Below, piece by piece: positions 18,897-28,656 of a DNA stretch of 64,000 bases; position 1 is the stretch's first letter, and each line of letters opens with the position of its first letter. The notes beneath the pieces are model-generated. The model searched no databases. It had not been told where the DNA came from and saw nothing but the letters and a program-made list of their open reading frames with translations. The translations under genes and the position numbers were made by a program. Source of the DNA: an uncultured Thermococci archaeon (lineage in GTDB: Archaea > CAYQAE01 > CAYVLA01); the NCBI GenBank assembly GCA_964549615.1, contig CAZJVP010000101.1, positions 36,168 through 100,167 on the forward strand. Direction: 5' to 3'.

Positions 18897-20968
18897 GCAG
18901 TTCGGGTGGTGTTGCCATCACCGCGCCTCGCGTGCTGCCTCGGGTTTGGGTTTCGCCTGTGAACCCTGAGGACTATCCAGGATTCGGCGAAAGGAAGACC
19001 AAGCCCGTGACCCGGAAGGACCTGGACCACCAGTTCCACACAACCGCCCTTCGGTACTTCTCGTACGACCGCCCGCCATCCCAACCGCCCCACAGCTACA
19101 GGTTGGTCGGCGTCCGCGAGACCTTGGATCTTTATACGAAGATCTACGATTTTGGGCGAGTGGTCTGGCCCATGTGGCCTTTTCTCTTCGCGCAGAACTG
19201 GAAGGAGGCGATAGACGAACTCGCGGCCCGCAAGCTCTACCTCTTCGACATCTGGGCATACTGTCCATCCGGACCGTTCGAGCGGTTTGAATGGTCGGAG
19301 TACCGTGTGACGGACGAGATGCACCGCTACATCCTGGACAAGCTCGGCCCACGCTTCCTCGGGTACGACAACGGCGAGCAGGACGGCCGTTACATCGGCG
19401 GCTACGCAAGACTCGTCTGCCCCGCGCCCGCGACCCGCAGGCAGGCCCATGACGCGTTCTTCCAGTACTTCCGCCAGCTAGGCCGGGATCTACAGAACTA
19501 TCTCGTGGCCCTGAACAGCCTAACCTTTCCGCACTACTTCGCCGCGATGGGCAACCACCGGCTACTGGGCGCCGAGACCGCGCAAGGCTTGCCCAGCGTC
19601 CCGATGTGGTATGCGTTCATCCGCGGCGCGGGCAAGCAGTACGGCCTGCTCTGGTACGGCAACTCCAGCGTTTTCAACAGGTGGGGTTGGAAGTCGTTGG
19701 ACGACCCCAGCGCCGAGGACAGGCGCGTCGGCGGGTATCTGTGCGGCCCCACGGCCGGAACCAGCATGAGCCTGCTCCGGCGGCTGTGGTACGTCTTGGT
19801 CATGTACGGAAGCGTCATGATGAGCTTTGAGACCGGCCACCTGGGCACGAGGAAGATGGAGCGCATCGTGAACGGCGCAAGGCTTGAGGTCCCCGAACTG
19901 ACCGAGATTGGACGCGAACAGCTCAAGGGCAAGAAGTGGTGTGAGGACCACCCTGATAGGGGCGAGCTCCACACGCCGGTGGCGCTGACCTGGGACTACT
20001 ACTCGGGTTGGGCCCCGCCTCGCCACCTGTACACCAGTGACACCTACCTAGTCTGGGGAAACATGCCCTATGAGAAGGGCGACCACCAGATCGACCTCGT
20101 CTTTCGGGAGCTGTACCCCGGCTACGAGGATGCAAGCTTCTACCACAGCGAGCGCGGCTTTCTGACGCCCACCCCTTGCGGCGATATCTTCGACGTCATA
20201 TTGTCCAATGCCTCGATCGATGTCCTGAATCGTTACGAGTGCGTCTTGGTCCTCGGTGAGACGCGGATCGAGGGTGATCTTCTGGCAAAGCTTTCCCGCT
20301 TCGTGGCGATGGGCGGACATCTGGTCGCTTGCGCGAACCAGATTTCGGAGGATGCCGAGGAGCTCTTCGGGGTCAGGGTCGGCCCGACGGAGGAGGCGTA
20401 CCATGCGATCATCCCGGGGCAGGCACAGCCGATCAACGAGGCCATGTTCAGAATGCATCGCCTAAGCCTTGACTCGGATGTTGCCGTCCTCGCAAGGACC
20501 AGGCAGGGCCTCCCCCTTGCCGCAGAAAAAGACCACCCGGATGGCGGCTCGACCCTCCTCTTTGCCTCGGAGTTCTTCTTGACCAACCCCTTGATCGATC
20601 GAGGCAGAATCCGGAACGACCTGGACCAACCACTCCCGTCCCCCTACGCGATCCTTGAGCATGCGAAGGCGGTGCTGCTTCCCTTCCTGCGCTCGTTTGG
20701 CCTCGTGACGATAGAGGGAAAGCCCATCCAGTATCTCGTCAACGTCACATCCCGCACGGACCGGCTGGTCGTCACGCTCTGCAACAACGCGCCTGAAGCG
20801 TGGGAAGGGGCGATTCGACCCCGGCGGGAGCGGATCGTGAAGGCCGTGAACTGGATGACCGACCGGGAGATTGCGGCAGGGGAAGCGGTCCGCACTGAGG
20901 TTCCGCCGCTCGATGTCGTGGTCTTGGAGCTTCTGCTTTCGGGTCCCGTCTTCGAGGTGAAGGGATGA
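18893..20968 (+). CDS. Hypothetical glycoside-hydrolase-like protein (TIM barrel plus GATase-like trimerisation domain)
   Basis: Aromatic-rich N-terminal domain (GYDNGEQDGRY, GAETAQG); GH42-like middle domain (LNRYECVLVLG..LSRFVAMGGHLV). 4-nt overlaps with both neighbours. Confidence 0.6.
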   Translation: MSSSGGVAITAPRVLPRVWVSPVNPEDYPGFGERKTKPVTRKDLDHQFHTTALRYFSYDRPPSQPPHSYRLVGVRETLDLYTKIYDFGRVVWPMWPFLFAQNWKEAIDELAARKLYLFDIWAYCPSGPFERFEWSEYRVTDEMHRYILDKLGPRFLGYDNGEQDGRYIGGYARLVCPAPATRRQAHDAFFQYFRQLGRDLQNYLVALNSLTFPHYFAAMGNHRLLGAETAQGLPSVPMWYAFIRGAGKQYGLLWYGNSSVFNRWGWKSLDDPSAEDRRVGGYLCGPTAGTSMSLLRRLWYVLVMYGSVMMSFETGHLGTRKMERIVNGARLEVPELTEIGREQLKGKKWCEDHPDRGELHTPVALTWDYYSGWAPPRHLYTSDTYLVWGNMPYEKGDHQIDLVFRELYPGYEDASFYHSERGFLTPTPCGDIFDVILSNASIDVLNRYECVLVLGETRIEGDLLAKLSRFVAMGGHLVACANQISEDAEELFGVRVGPTEEAYHAIIPGQAQPINEAMFRMHRLSLDSDVAVLARTRQGLPLAAEKDHPDGGSTLLFASEFFLTNPLIDRGRIRNDLDQPLPSPYAILEHAKAVLLPFLRSFGLVTIEGKPIQYLVNVTSRTDRLVVTLCNNAPEAWEGAIRPRRERIVKAVNWMTDREIAAGEAVRTEVPPLDVVVLELLLSGPVFEVKG

Positions 20969-21753
20969 TGGACTACCCCCCGGCAATCAACCCGGCATAC
21001 CTGACCGGCTCGCTCGACTGCTGGCATCTTGCCGAGCTTTCGGCAATGGGGTACCGTGGGCTGGAGGTCACCCCTGCTTGTATCCGCACTGAGCCGAGTT
21101 GGGAACGAGAGGCCGAAGAGGCGGGAATGGAAGTTGTGTGCGTCAACGCGATCCCCGAGCTGACGCCCTATCTTACGGGAAGCCTCTCCGACGCGGTCGA
21201 GTGGCGCAGACGGGATACCCTGGAGAGGCTGGGCCGCGTCGTCGACTGGATGGATCGACGGGGGATACGGTACATGGTCGTCGCACCCAGCCGCCTTGCG
21301 GAGAACTATCAGTCAGTGAATGAGGCAGGGGCGCTGCTCGTGTCAAGCCTCCGAGAGCTGGCCTCCTTCGGGAACGCCAACATCCTGGTAGAGTCGGCGC
21401 CTTTTCGCCTCTTTGCGTCGTCAAAGGATATCGTTCGCATCGTTTCGGAGGTGGACATGTCCAATGTGGGAGCCGCGTTGGACGTCGGCCATGCGCTGAT
21501 CCAGGGGGAGAACCCTTCGGAGTCAGCAGCGGTCCTCGGCGGCATCCTGAAGTATGTTCAGGTTCATGATGCGGATCTACGTCCCGGGTTCCCCAAGCTT
21601 GATGCGCATCTCCCGCTGGGGAAAGGTTCCGCGAAGGCGGAAGATCTCCGTCCGGTCATCGGCAGGACCCCATGGGCAATCAACATCGCGGCCCCGACCG
21701 ATCCGGTCCGGGCGGCAGGGTCAGCACTGCAATGGCTTCGGTGGCATGACTAG
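20965..21753 (+). CDS. Sugar phosphate isomerase/epimerase (xylose-isomerase-like TIM barrel)
   Basis: GYRGLEV, ILVES, LDVGH, YVQVHD, HLPLGKG. Confidence 0.8.
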   Translation: MMDYPPAINPAYLTGSLDCWHLAELSAMGYRGLEVTPACIRTEPSWEREAEEAGMEVVCVNAIPELTPYLTGSLSDAVEWRRRDTLERLGRVVDWMDRRGIRYMVVAPSRLAENYQSVNEAGALLVSSLRELASFGNANILVESAPFRLFASSKDIVRIVSEVDMSNVGAALDVGHALIQGENPSESAAVLGGILKYVQVHDADLRPGFPKLDAHLPLGKGSAKAEDLRPVIGRTPWAINIAAPTDPVRAAGSALQWLRWHD

Positions 21754-21827
21754 GTGGAAAGCAGCTTTCGGCAGCATCTTGCCAAGGGCAAGATCAGTTG
21801 CCTTCTCCTGCCCTCGAGCGCCAGCCG

Positions 21828-23087
21828 TTAGTCGCGCTCCACCAGCTTTGTCGTTGCGACCTCCCTGTAAAGCTTCCTCTTGACCATCAGGGTCCAGAGG
21901 ACGAAGCCCACCGCCATGCTCGTGCCGGAAACCACCAACCATTCCACCGCGAATATCCAAAGAAGTGCCCTATCCTTTGCGTCGATGGCTTGCTTGGTTA
22001 GGAGGTCCAGCTCGCTTATCAGCTGTTCTAGTCGATTGCGGCATCCGTCCAGATCCTGGACCAAATACTCACTATCGGCGATCTCCTTTCCTTCCACAAC
22101 CTTGGAGAAGCGGAGTTCCACCTGTCTGAGGTTTGCCCCAAACCTGTCCGCGAACTCCATGGTCGATGTGAGATAGCCGCGCCTGTAGTCGAATGCGCCA
22201 AACAGGGTGCGGATCGAATGAACCAGCTCGAGATCCTCCGGTATGTCGACGCGGGCGACTAGGTAGATCAGATGGGATAGCACGTCGACGTGCCACTTCC
22301 ACCGGTAGAATTCAGGGGCTCCCGGGATGTCGCCGACGGGCGAATCGGGGATCCCGTGCCATTTGAAGACGAAAGCCATGGACCTGCCCGCGCCGAAATC
22401 CCAGTAGACGATGACGGGCTTGTTGTTGTTCCACGCGAACCCTGGAGACATCCTCGCCAGCACGATGGCTCCCTCCTTCTCGGTAGGCCTGTTATGCGCC
22501 CAGATCCTAGGCATTGTTTCCCATGGTATATTGCGCATGAGCGGATGATCTCGGTTCTCCTCCTCCACGACTATCCAGTATCCGTGCTCCGGATAGAATA
22601 TCTGCTCAACAGAGGTCACCGGCAAAACATCGCCGATGGGGAAGAGGTACCAGGACGTGTGCCTGCCGCTCGTGGCAAAGCTCGAGGAATCATCGGCCAT
22701 CAGGAAGCCCAGGCCCTCCTCCTCCACGGTGGTCTTCATCCAGTGATGGAAATGCTCGGGCAGGTGGGCGGCGTCCATCCCGTCCTCGACGATGACGTCG
22801 AAATCTTGGCGCAGCCTGTCCTCGGTCCTTGGAAGGTAGAGCCGGAGCATCCGGAAGGCCTCCTCGCCCATAGACCATGCATGGCTAGGAACCGGGTACC
22901 AGTCTATGCGGGGGTCGTTGACCCAAACGGTCGCGGGATGGTTGGGACGCACCCATGCCTTGCCTATGTGCAGGAGCCGTATGACCCCTCTCTGATCCGT
23001 CCTCGCCGTGGGCTCCATTGGCAGCGCGGTGCCGGATAAGACCTGGATCCATGCGAGGAAGAGGCAAAGGGCGCACCAGCCACGCAT
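21828..23087 (-). CDS. Membrane-anchored GATase-like (DUF1355-like) protein, paralogue 2 of 5
   Basis: Signal peptide from ATG 23087; GVIRLLHIG, RLYLPRT, FDVIVED, PVIVYWDFGAG, FGAN, KDRALLWIFAVEW..LMVKRKLY. Confidence 0.8.
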   Translation of the reverse strand: MRGWCALCLFLAWIQVLSGTALPMEPTARTDQRGVIRLLHIGKAWVRPNHPATVWVNDPRIDWYPVPSHAWSMGEEAFRMLRLYLPRTEDRLRQDFDVIVEDGMDAAHLPEHFHHWMKTTVEEEGLGFLMADDSSSFATSGRHTSWYLFPIGDVLPVTSVEQIFYPEHGYWIVVEEENRDHPLMRNIPWETMPRIWAHNRPTEKEGAIVLARMSPGFAWNNNKPVIVYWDFGAGRSMAFVFKWHGIPDSPVGDIPGAPEFYRWKWHVDVLSHLIYLVARVDIPEDLELVHSIRTLFGAFDYRRGYLTSTMEFADRFGANLRQVELRFSKVVEGKEIADSEYLVQDLDGCRNRLEQLISELDLLTKQAIDAKDRALLWIFAVEWLVVSGTSMAVGFVLWTLMVKRKLYREVATTKLVERD

Positions 23088-23166
23088 GCCATGGCAAAGC
23101 GTTTCTAACCCCTTATATGTTCCGGCCTTCGCGCACCCGAGTCGTGTCCCTGAGCTGGCGGAATCA

Positions 23167-24384
23167 TCACCGCAATCGGATTTCCGCCCGAAGTTCACCC
23201 GGTCCGGGGGCGAGGTGGAATTTGCTCCGGGTTTCGCTGCCCCTAGCTCTGACCGCTATGCGGTAGGTGCCGTGGAATCCCCTGAACCGGAAATTGCCCG
23301 ATGCATCGGTTCTGCCCTTTGCACAGGTCTTCCACCGGCCGTGAATGAGCCGACGAAGGGCGTCGTAGACGGGTTTGGGACTGAGGTCCTCGCGAAGCAT
23401 CCCGCCGCCCTTGAGCCACGAGCCGCGATCACACAGGTCCCACCACGTGATCGCCACGACGGCAGGGTGTGCAAAACAGACGGTGTAGAACTTGACCGCG
23501 TAGTCGGCCTGGGCGGCCTCGTCCCACCTTCCCCTAAGGTGTGATCCGGTTATCAGCTCCCCTCCCGAGGTCGGCGTGAACTCGGTTATGTGAAGATCCT
23601 TGCCCAAGGCTGCATACTGGTCCAGGACGCTCTGCACCTGATCTAGGGGAAAGCGCATCGTCCGCGGCTCGTGAGCCTGTATGCCGATTCCGTCGAAGGG
23701 GACTCCCCTTTGCATGGCCTCCTTGAGCATCTGCAGGAAGGGTGGAAACCCGTTCGCCATAACCTCGAAGTCGTTGACGATGAGATGTGCCTTGGGGTCG
23801 GCCTCCCGCGCCCAGCGATACGGCTCGTCGATCTGAATTCCTCTGCAGTGGGAGGGCTCGTTCACGACCTCCCAGAATCCTATCTTCCCGGCGAACCGCT
23901 TGATGATCTCTGTGACGCGCCTTCTCTGGACATCCTCGGGGGGTTGGCCCGAAGCCCAGGTCGGCCGGCCGGCCTCGTGGTCCCACAGCAGCGGATGGCC
24001 CTTGAGGTGGATGCCGTTTCGCCTGCACCAGGAGACGACCTTGTCGGTGTAGGCATAGTTCGGTTTCCCCTGTTCGGGCTCGTACCACCTCCAGTAGAAG
24101 CCCACCGTCGCGTAGTTGAACAGCTCCTTGAACAGCTTCTTGTAGAGCCGGTTCTCGCGGGTTGTGTTGAACCGATCGAACATGTAGATGTTGCATCCGA
24201 AAAGGAAATCGTGGCTGAGCTGCTCGATGTCTATCGAGGCGTCGGCGACAGGTTGCCCCGTTTCATCCAATACTATCACCGAGGCGTTCCTCTTGCGGTT
24301 CCTCTCGATCGCCCTAGCTGCTCTTCTGAGGATCCGATCCTCGACGTCCTGCGCCCTTCGCGCCGCATCATTGCTCGACCCCAT
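23167..24384 (-). CDS. GH10 endo-1,4-beta-xylanase-like enzyme, no signal peptide
   Basis: LKGHPLLW, WEVVNEP (acid/base), DGIGIQAH, LHITEF (nucleophile), PKPVY. Confidence 0.88.
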   Translation of the reverse strand: MGSSNDAARRAQDVEDRILRRAARAIERNRKRNASVIVLDETGQPVADASIDIEQLSHDFLFGCNIYMFDRFNTTRENRLYKKLFKELFNYATVGFYWRWYEPEQGKPNYAYTDKVVSWCRRNGIHLKGHPLLWDHEAGRPTWASGQPPEDVQRRRVTEIIKRFAGKIGFWEVVNEPSHCRGIQIDEPYRWAREADPKAHLIVNDFEVMANGFPPFLQMLKEAMQRGVPFDGIGIQAHEPRTMRFPLDQVQSVLDQYAALGKDLHITEFTPTSGGELITGSHLRGRWDEAAQADYAVKFYTVCFAHPAVVAITWWDLCDRGSWLKGGGMLREDLSPKPVYDALRRLIHGRWKTCAKGRTDASGNFRFRGFHGTYRIAVRARGSETRSKFHLAPGPGELRAEIRLR

Positions 24385-24848
24385 CGCCAACCACCGCGGT
24401 GCAACCCTTACGCAGAGAAATGCCATTCACTGGCGATTGCTGCCATGTATGGGCCAGAGATAAGTTTACTCCAAGGGGCCGATTAGCAGGAACTGCATCG
24501 ATTGGACTGCACAGCGGTCTAGGTCCAAATACGGCAAGACGGCGGCTGATGTCCAGACACCGAGGGAAGGCACCGGCCTCCCGCCGAATGCGTCAACTGG
24601 CTGACCGCTTCATCTTGGTCCGTTCGGGCTCCGGCTATGGGGGATCGCGGCGTCCCATCGGACGGCAGAACGACAAAAGCACAACCGCTCGAATCCTGTG
24701 GAAGGAGGCCATTGGTGTTGTTATGTGGCCCGTCCCATCCGCCTAAGCCATCCATGGAACCTTTACATATCCTTGGGTCAGCGTCGCGTGATGCTGTCGG
24801 CATGGGAAGACAGGCTCACACGCGTCTTGGTCACGTGGGTGGGTCGGA

Positions 24849-26918
24849 ATGGGAATCGAGATCTCCGAGGACAAGGTGCAGCTGTCGGGCAGAGGCATCC
24901 GGGTTGCCCTCCGCAGCCATGAGGGTAGTTGGTATCTCTCTTGCCTTGAGGACGGGTCTGGCAGGCTGCTGGTGAGCGGTTCGCACAGTGGGTCCCTCTG
25001 GGCGTTGAGGGCCAACACGGAGGGAAAGCTCGTCGAGGCAACCAGCCAAGGCCTAACCTCAAGCGTTCGACCGGCCGGAGCGTCGTCCATGGAGATAGCC
25101 TGGCCCGCCTTCAATTTCATGGGCTCTGAGTGCAACGCCCGGCTCAGGCTGTCCTTGGTCTCATCGGTATTGATCTGTGCCAAGCTGGGCTTCCGTTTCA
25201 ACCCGGCGATCGCTCTCTGGGAGGTAGACTTCCCCATACTCGAGGGCCTGAACCCCGAGAATGCAACGCTTTACGCCCCCTACGGCTACGGGAAGGCGAT
25301 CCCTTACGGAGGGGGCACGCGGTACAGGGGCACCTATCCAAGCCATCACTGCGCCATGCAGTTTCTGGCTTGGAACACCGGCCCGGCCAGCCTCTACGTT
25401 GGCTGCCACGACCCGTGTGCCTCGACGAAGACGTTGGAGTTTTCGCCCCAGCCTCCCACGTTGCGCTGTACGCTTCCGGTTGCCGGCATGGGGGACGATT
25501 TTGCGCGTTACGAAGTTCCATATCCCGTAGCGGTGGGAGCCATTCCGGGGGACTGGTATGATGTGGCGCTTTTCTACAGGAGGTGGGCGATGAGGCAGTC
25601 ATGGTCCAGGGCTCGTCCCCTTGCGTCCAGGCCAACGCCCAGGGCTTTGAAGGACGTTGCGCTGTGGTGCTGCGCATCCGGAGCCCCGGGCGAAGTGGTG
25701 CCAAAGGCCTTGCAGTTTGCACGCTACTTCGGGGTGGCCACCGCCCTGCACTGGTACGTCTGGCACGAGATACCCTTTGACGATCATTACCCCGAATACT
25801 TCCCCGCCAAGGAAGGGTTCAAGGAGGCAATCGCAAAGCTTGGCGCAGCTGGGATCCTCGTGATGCCCTACATCAACGCGCGGCTCTGGGACCCTGCAAC
25901 CGAGAGCTGGAGCCGGGAAGGGGCCGAAAGCGCCGCAGCGAAGGATGCCGACCTCAAGAAGTATACTGAGGTCTACGGCTCGAAGGTGCCGCTATCGCCC
26001 ATGTGCCCCACAACCCAGCTTTGGGGCCGGAAGATCAGAAGCATAGTGAAGAGACTTGCGTCGGAGTACCGGGTCCACGGGGTCTATCTCGACCAGATAG
26101 GCGCCGCTGCGCCGAAGCTCTGCTTCGACCGCGGCCACGGGCACCCGGTCGGAGGCGGCGATTGGTGGGTCAGGGGGTACAGGGATATCCTGGAGAAGGT
26201 GCGCAGAGATGTCCAAGGCATCAACCCCGAGTTCTTCATCACGACCGAGTCGAATGCCGAGCCATGGAACGATCTGCTTGACGCCTTGCTCATGTGCAAC
26301 TCCACCGAAGGGGAGCTCGCACCGATCTACCCGGCCGTCTATGCCGATCGGGTCCTGATCTTCGGCGCGTACATATTCCGCCGGGACCTAGAGGACTCTT
26401 GGGCGTTCAGGGTGAAGGTTTCACAGATGTTCCTGTGGGGCACCCAGCTCGGTTGGCTGGGGTTCGACGTCTTGGAGCCGAGGTTTCAACGGGAAGCCGA
26501 GTACCTCAGGTGTCTGGCACACGCCAGATCGTCGACAAGCCTCCTTTCCGGCGGCGAACTGCTCAGGCCGCCACGACCGGACCCGGAGGTGGACATGGTC
26601 GAGGCAAGCTGGGAGCTTTGGGGAAGGACGTGGAACGTCCGCTTGCCCGCGGCGCAGGCGACCGCGTGGCGCGGCCCGGACGGCTCCGTCGGGGTTGTGG
26701 CCTGCAACATGGGGGATGCCAGCACCGATCTGCGGGTTAGTTTGGACATCGCAGAGCTTGGTTGGACCAAGGCGAAGGCATTCCGCATGATGGAGCGCAC
26801 GCAGCTTGGATCGGCCAATCCGTCCCTTGACGGAAAGGCTCTTTGCCTAAGGCTGGAGCTGCCGCCTAGGTGTGCTCGACTGGTGAGCTCAACGGACGCT
26901 CAAGCCGAAGGCGCGTGA
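24849..26918 (+). CDS. DUF6259-like glycoside-hydrolase-like protein
   Basis: GDWYD..YRRW, HWYVWHEIPFDDHYPEYFP, MPYINARLWD, MCP, GVYLDQI, TESNAEP. Confidence 0.7.
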   Translation: MGIEISEDKVQLSGRGIRVALRSHEGSWYLSCLEDGSGRLLVSGSHSGSLWALRANTEGKLVEATSQGLTSSVRPAGASSMEIAWPAFNFMGSECNARLRLSLVSSVLICAKLGFRFNPAIALWEVDFPILEGLNPENATLYAPYGYGKAIPYGGGTRYRGTYPSHHCAMQFLAWNTGPASLYVGCHDPCASTKTLEFSPQPPTLRCTLPVAGMGDDFARYEVPYPVAVGAIPGDWYDVALFYRRWAMRQSWSRARPLASRPTPRALKDVALWCCASGAPGEVVPKALQFARYFGVATALHWYVWHEIPFDDHYPEYFPAKEGFKEAIAKLGAAGILVMPYINARLWDPATESWSREGAESAAAKDADLKKYTEVYGSKVPLSPMCPTTQLWGRKIRSIVKRLASEYRVHGVYLDQIGAAAPKLCFDRGHGHPVGGGDWWVRGYRDILEKVRRDVQGINPEFFITTESNAEPWNDLLDALLMCNSTEGELAPIYPAVYADRVLIFGAYIFRRDLEDSWAFRVKVSQMFLWGTQLGWLGFDVLEPRFQREAEYLRCLAHARSSTSLLSGGELLRPPRPDPEVDMVEASWELWGRTWNVRLPAAQATAWRGPDGSVGVVACNMGDASTDLRVSLDIAELGWTKAKAFRMMERTQLGSANPSLDGKALCLRLELPPRCARLVSSTDAQAEGA

Positions 26919-27152
26919 TGGTGGTTGGACGGCCAGGGCGATCTTAGGCCCATCAGCTCCGCCCCCCATAGCTTCAAAGGAGGCTTTGCGGCGGTCAAGC
27001 GCCGGCCCTCTCACCGCGGTTAAGCCTTTCTCCTGCCACCTACGCGTTTGGCCTCGGTCAAGGGGAATCCTGGAAGGAGGCGTCCGTGCAGCGCGAGGAC
27101 GGGACTGTCTGGGAATCATTGATATGCGGCACGATGCCCGGAAAATGCCGGC

Positions 27153-28397
27153 ATGACTTCACTGGTGTGCGGCCTTTCCCGGTTGGAGCTTGCCGCTGCT
27201 ATCATGGCGCTGGGTCTCTTCGCCGTTCCTCCGGCGATCGCGCCCGAACCCAGACAGGGCCCGGACGGCAGGGTGCGCGTCCTTTACATGGGGGATGCGA
27301 TATCGCTCCGATACCTCACCCCGTACGCCTACATGCGGATTGAGCCGCTCATCGACGTCACGGCCGTGATCTCCTCGCTCATCGTCGCCCAGGACTCGTT
27401 CGGCATGGAGGGCATCGAGATGGTCAAGAGGTCCGTCAGGCTCTACATTCCGAGGAACTACCGCAGCTTGGTGGACACGAAAGATGTGCTGATCCTGAGC
27501 GACGCAACCCTTCCGGCTTTCAGCACCGATCACCTTGCATGGTTCGTCCGGGCGGTGAAGGAGGACGGCTTGGCCATGGTGATGGCCGGCGGCGTTGAAA
27601 GTTTCCACCAGGGCGGCTGGTCCTCGACGGTTATCCCTGAAGCGCTGCCCGTCGATTTCCCTGAGGACGGGACGGGTCCCGGCTACGGCAAGATCGTGAA
27701 ATACGACGACGAGCTCATCAGGAGCATACCTTGGAATGAGGGATTCGAGCAGATCTACTTCGGAGGGGCCAACCGCGTTGAGGTGAAGCCAGGAGGGGTG
27801 GAGCTCGCAAAGTTCAGACCGATATCGGGGACCGAGACTCCGATGATGGTTGTCGGGGACGTCGGGAAAGGCAGGGGATTTGCCTTCGCTCCGGACTGGA
27901 CCTGGGGCTGGGGCGCGAACTTCGCCGAGTGGGAATACTACGGCGATTTCTGCTGCAACCTGATGCTATACGTTGCGCGGCAGGAGGTTCCCCAGGACCT
28001 AGACACACTGCACAAGGCCAGGAAACAACTGCTCAGCCTGGACATATCTCGCGGCTTGCTTGTCTCCCTCTTTGACTTCATCGAAAAGCTCGGGGCCAAT
28101 CCGCGTTCGCTGGAGAAGATGATGGACGAATTGGACGCTTTTCGGAAGGAGGCCGAGAGCCTGTACATGAAGCACGATTTCGCCCAGGCTCTGGAGGTCA
28201 TAGGGCGTGCCATGGAGCGGGCCGCGGCAATGGAGAAGGAGGGCATGAGGCTGAAGGACGCGGCCCTTTTCTGGATCTACCTCGTCGAGTGGCTCGTGGT
28301 GAGCGCCACGGCCATGATCTCGGGGATGGCCGTGTGGGGCCTGATGGTTAGGAGAAGGTTCTTCAAGGAAGTGGGTTCCACCAGGTTCGCGGCCTAG
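27153..28397 (+). CDS. Membrane-anchored GATase-like (DUF1355-like) protein, paralogue 3 of 5
   Basis: Signal peptide, DGRVRVLYMGD, RLYIPRN, DVLILSD, MAGG, APDWTWGWG..WEYYGDF, LGAN, KDAALFWIYLVEW..LMVRRRFF. Confidence 0.8.
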   Translation: MTSLVCGLSRLELAAAIMALGLFAVPPAIAPEPRQGPDGRVRVLYMGDAISLRYLTPYAYMRIEPLIDVTAVISSLIVAQDSFGMEGIEMVKRSVRLYIPRNYRSLVDTKDVLILSDATLPAFSTDHLAWFVRAVKEDGLAMVMAGGVESFHQGGWSSTVIPEALPVDFPEDGTGPGYGKIVKYDDELIRSIPWNEGFEQIYFGGANRVEVKPGGVELAKFRPISGTETPMMVVGDVGKGRGFAFAPDWTWGWGANFAEWEYYGDFCCNLMLYVARQEVPQDLDTLHKARKQLLSLDISRGLLVSLFDFIEKLGANPRSLEKMMDELDAFRKEAESLYMKHDFAQALEVIGRAMERAAAMEKEGMRLKDAALFWIYLVEWLVVSATAMISGMAVWGLMVRRRFFKEVGSTRFAA

Positions 28398-28656
28398 CGA
28401 ACGTGAGTTTCTCGTCCTCTAGGTCTGAAGCTCGCAGACCTCCCTAACATCCTTGAGAAGCTCTCCAAAAAGGGGTGTCTGAGTGCCCTCTGCCTGCAAA
28501 CCGGTACCGCCGGGAGGATTGGTCTATTCCCATGACCTCGAGCGCCTGCCTAGTTGGAAGCAGCTATCGGGTAGCTTCGCCTGCCCCCATGCGTCGCCCC
28601 ATCGTCCCATCCCGCGTTCCTAGGTCGAGCCGCTGCAGTGGATGTTGCCGGCAGGT

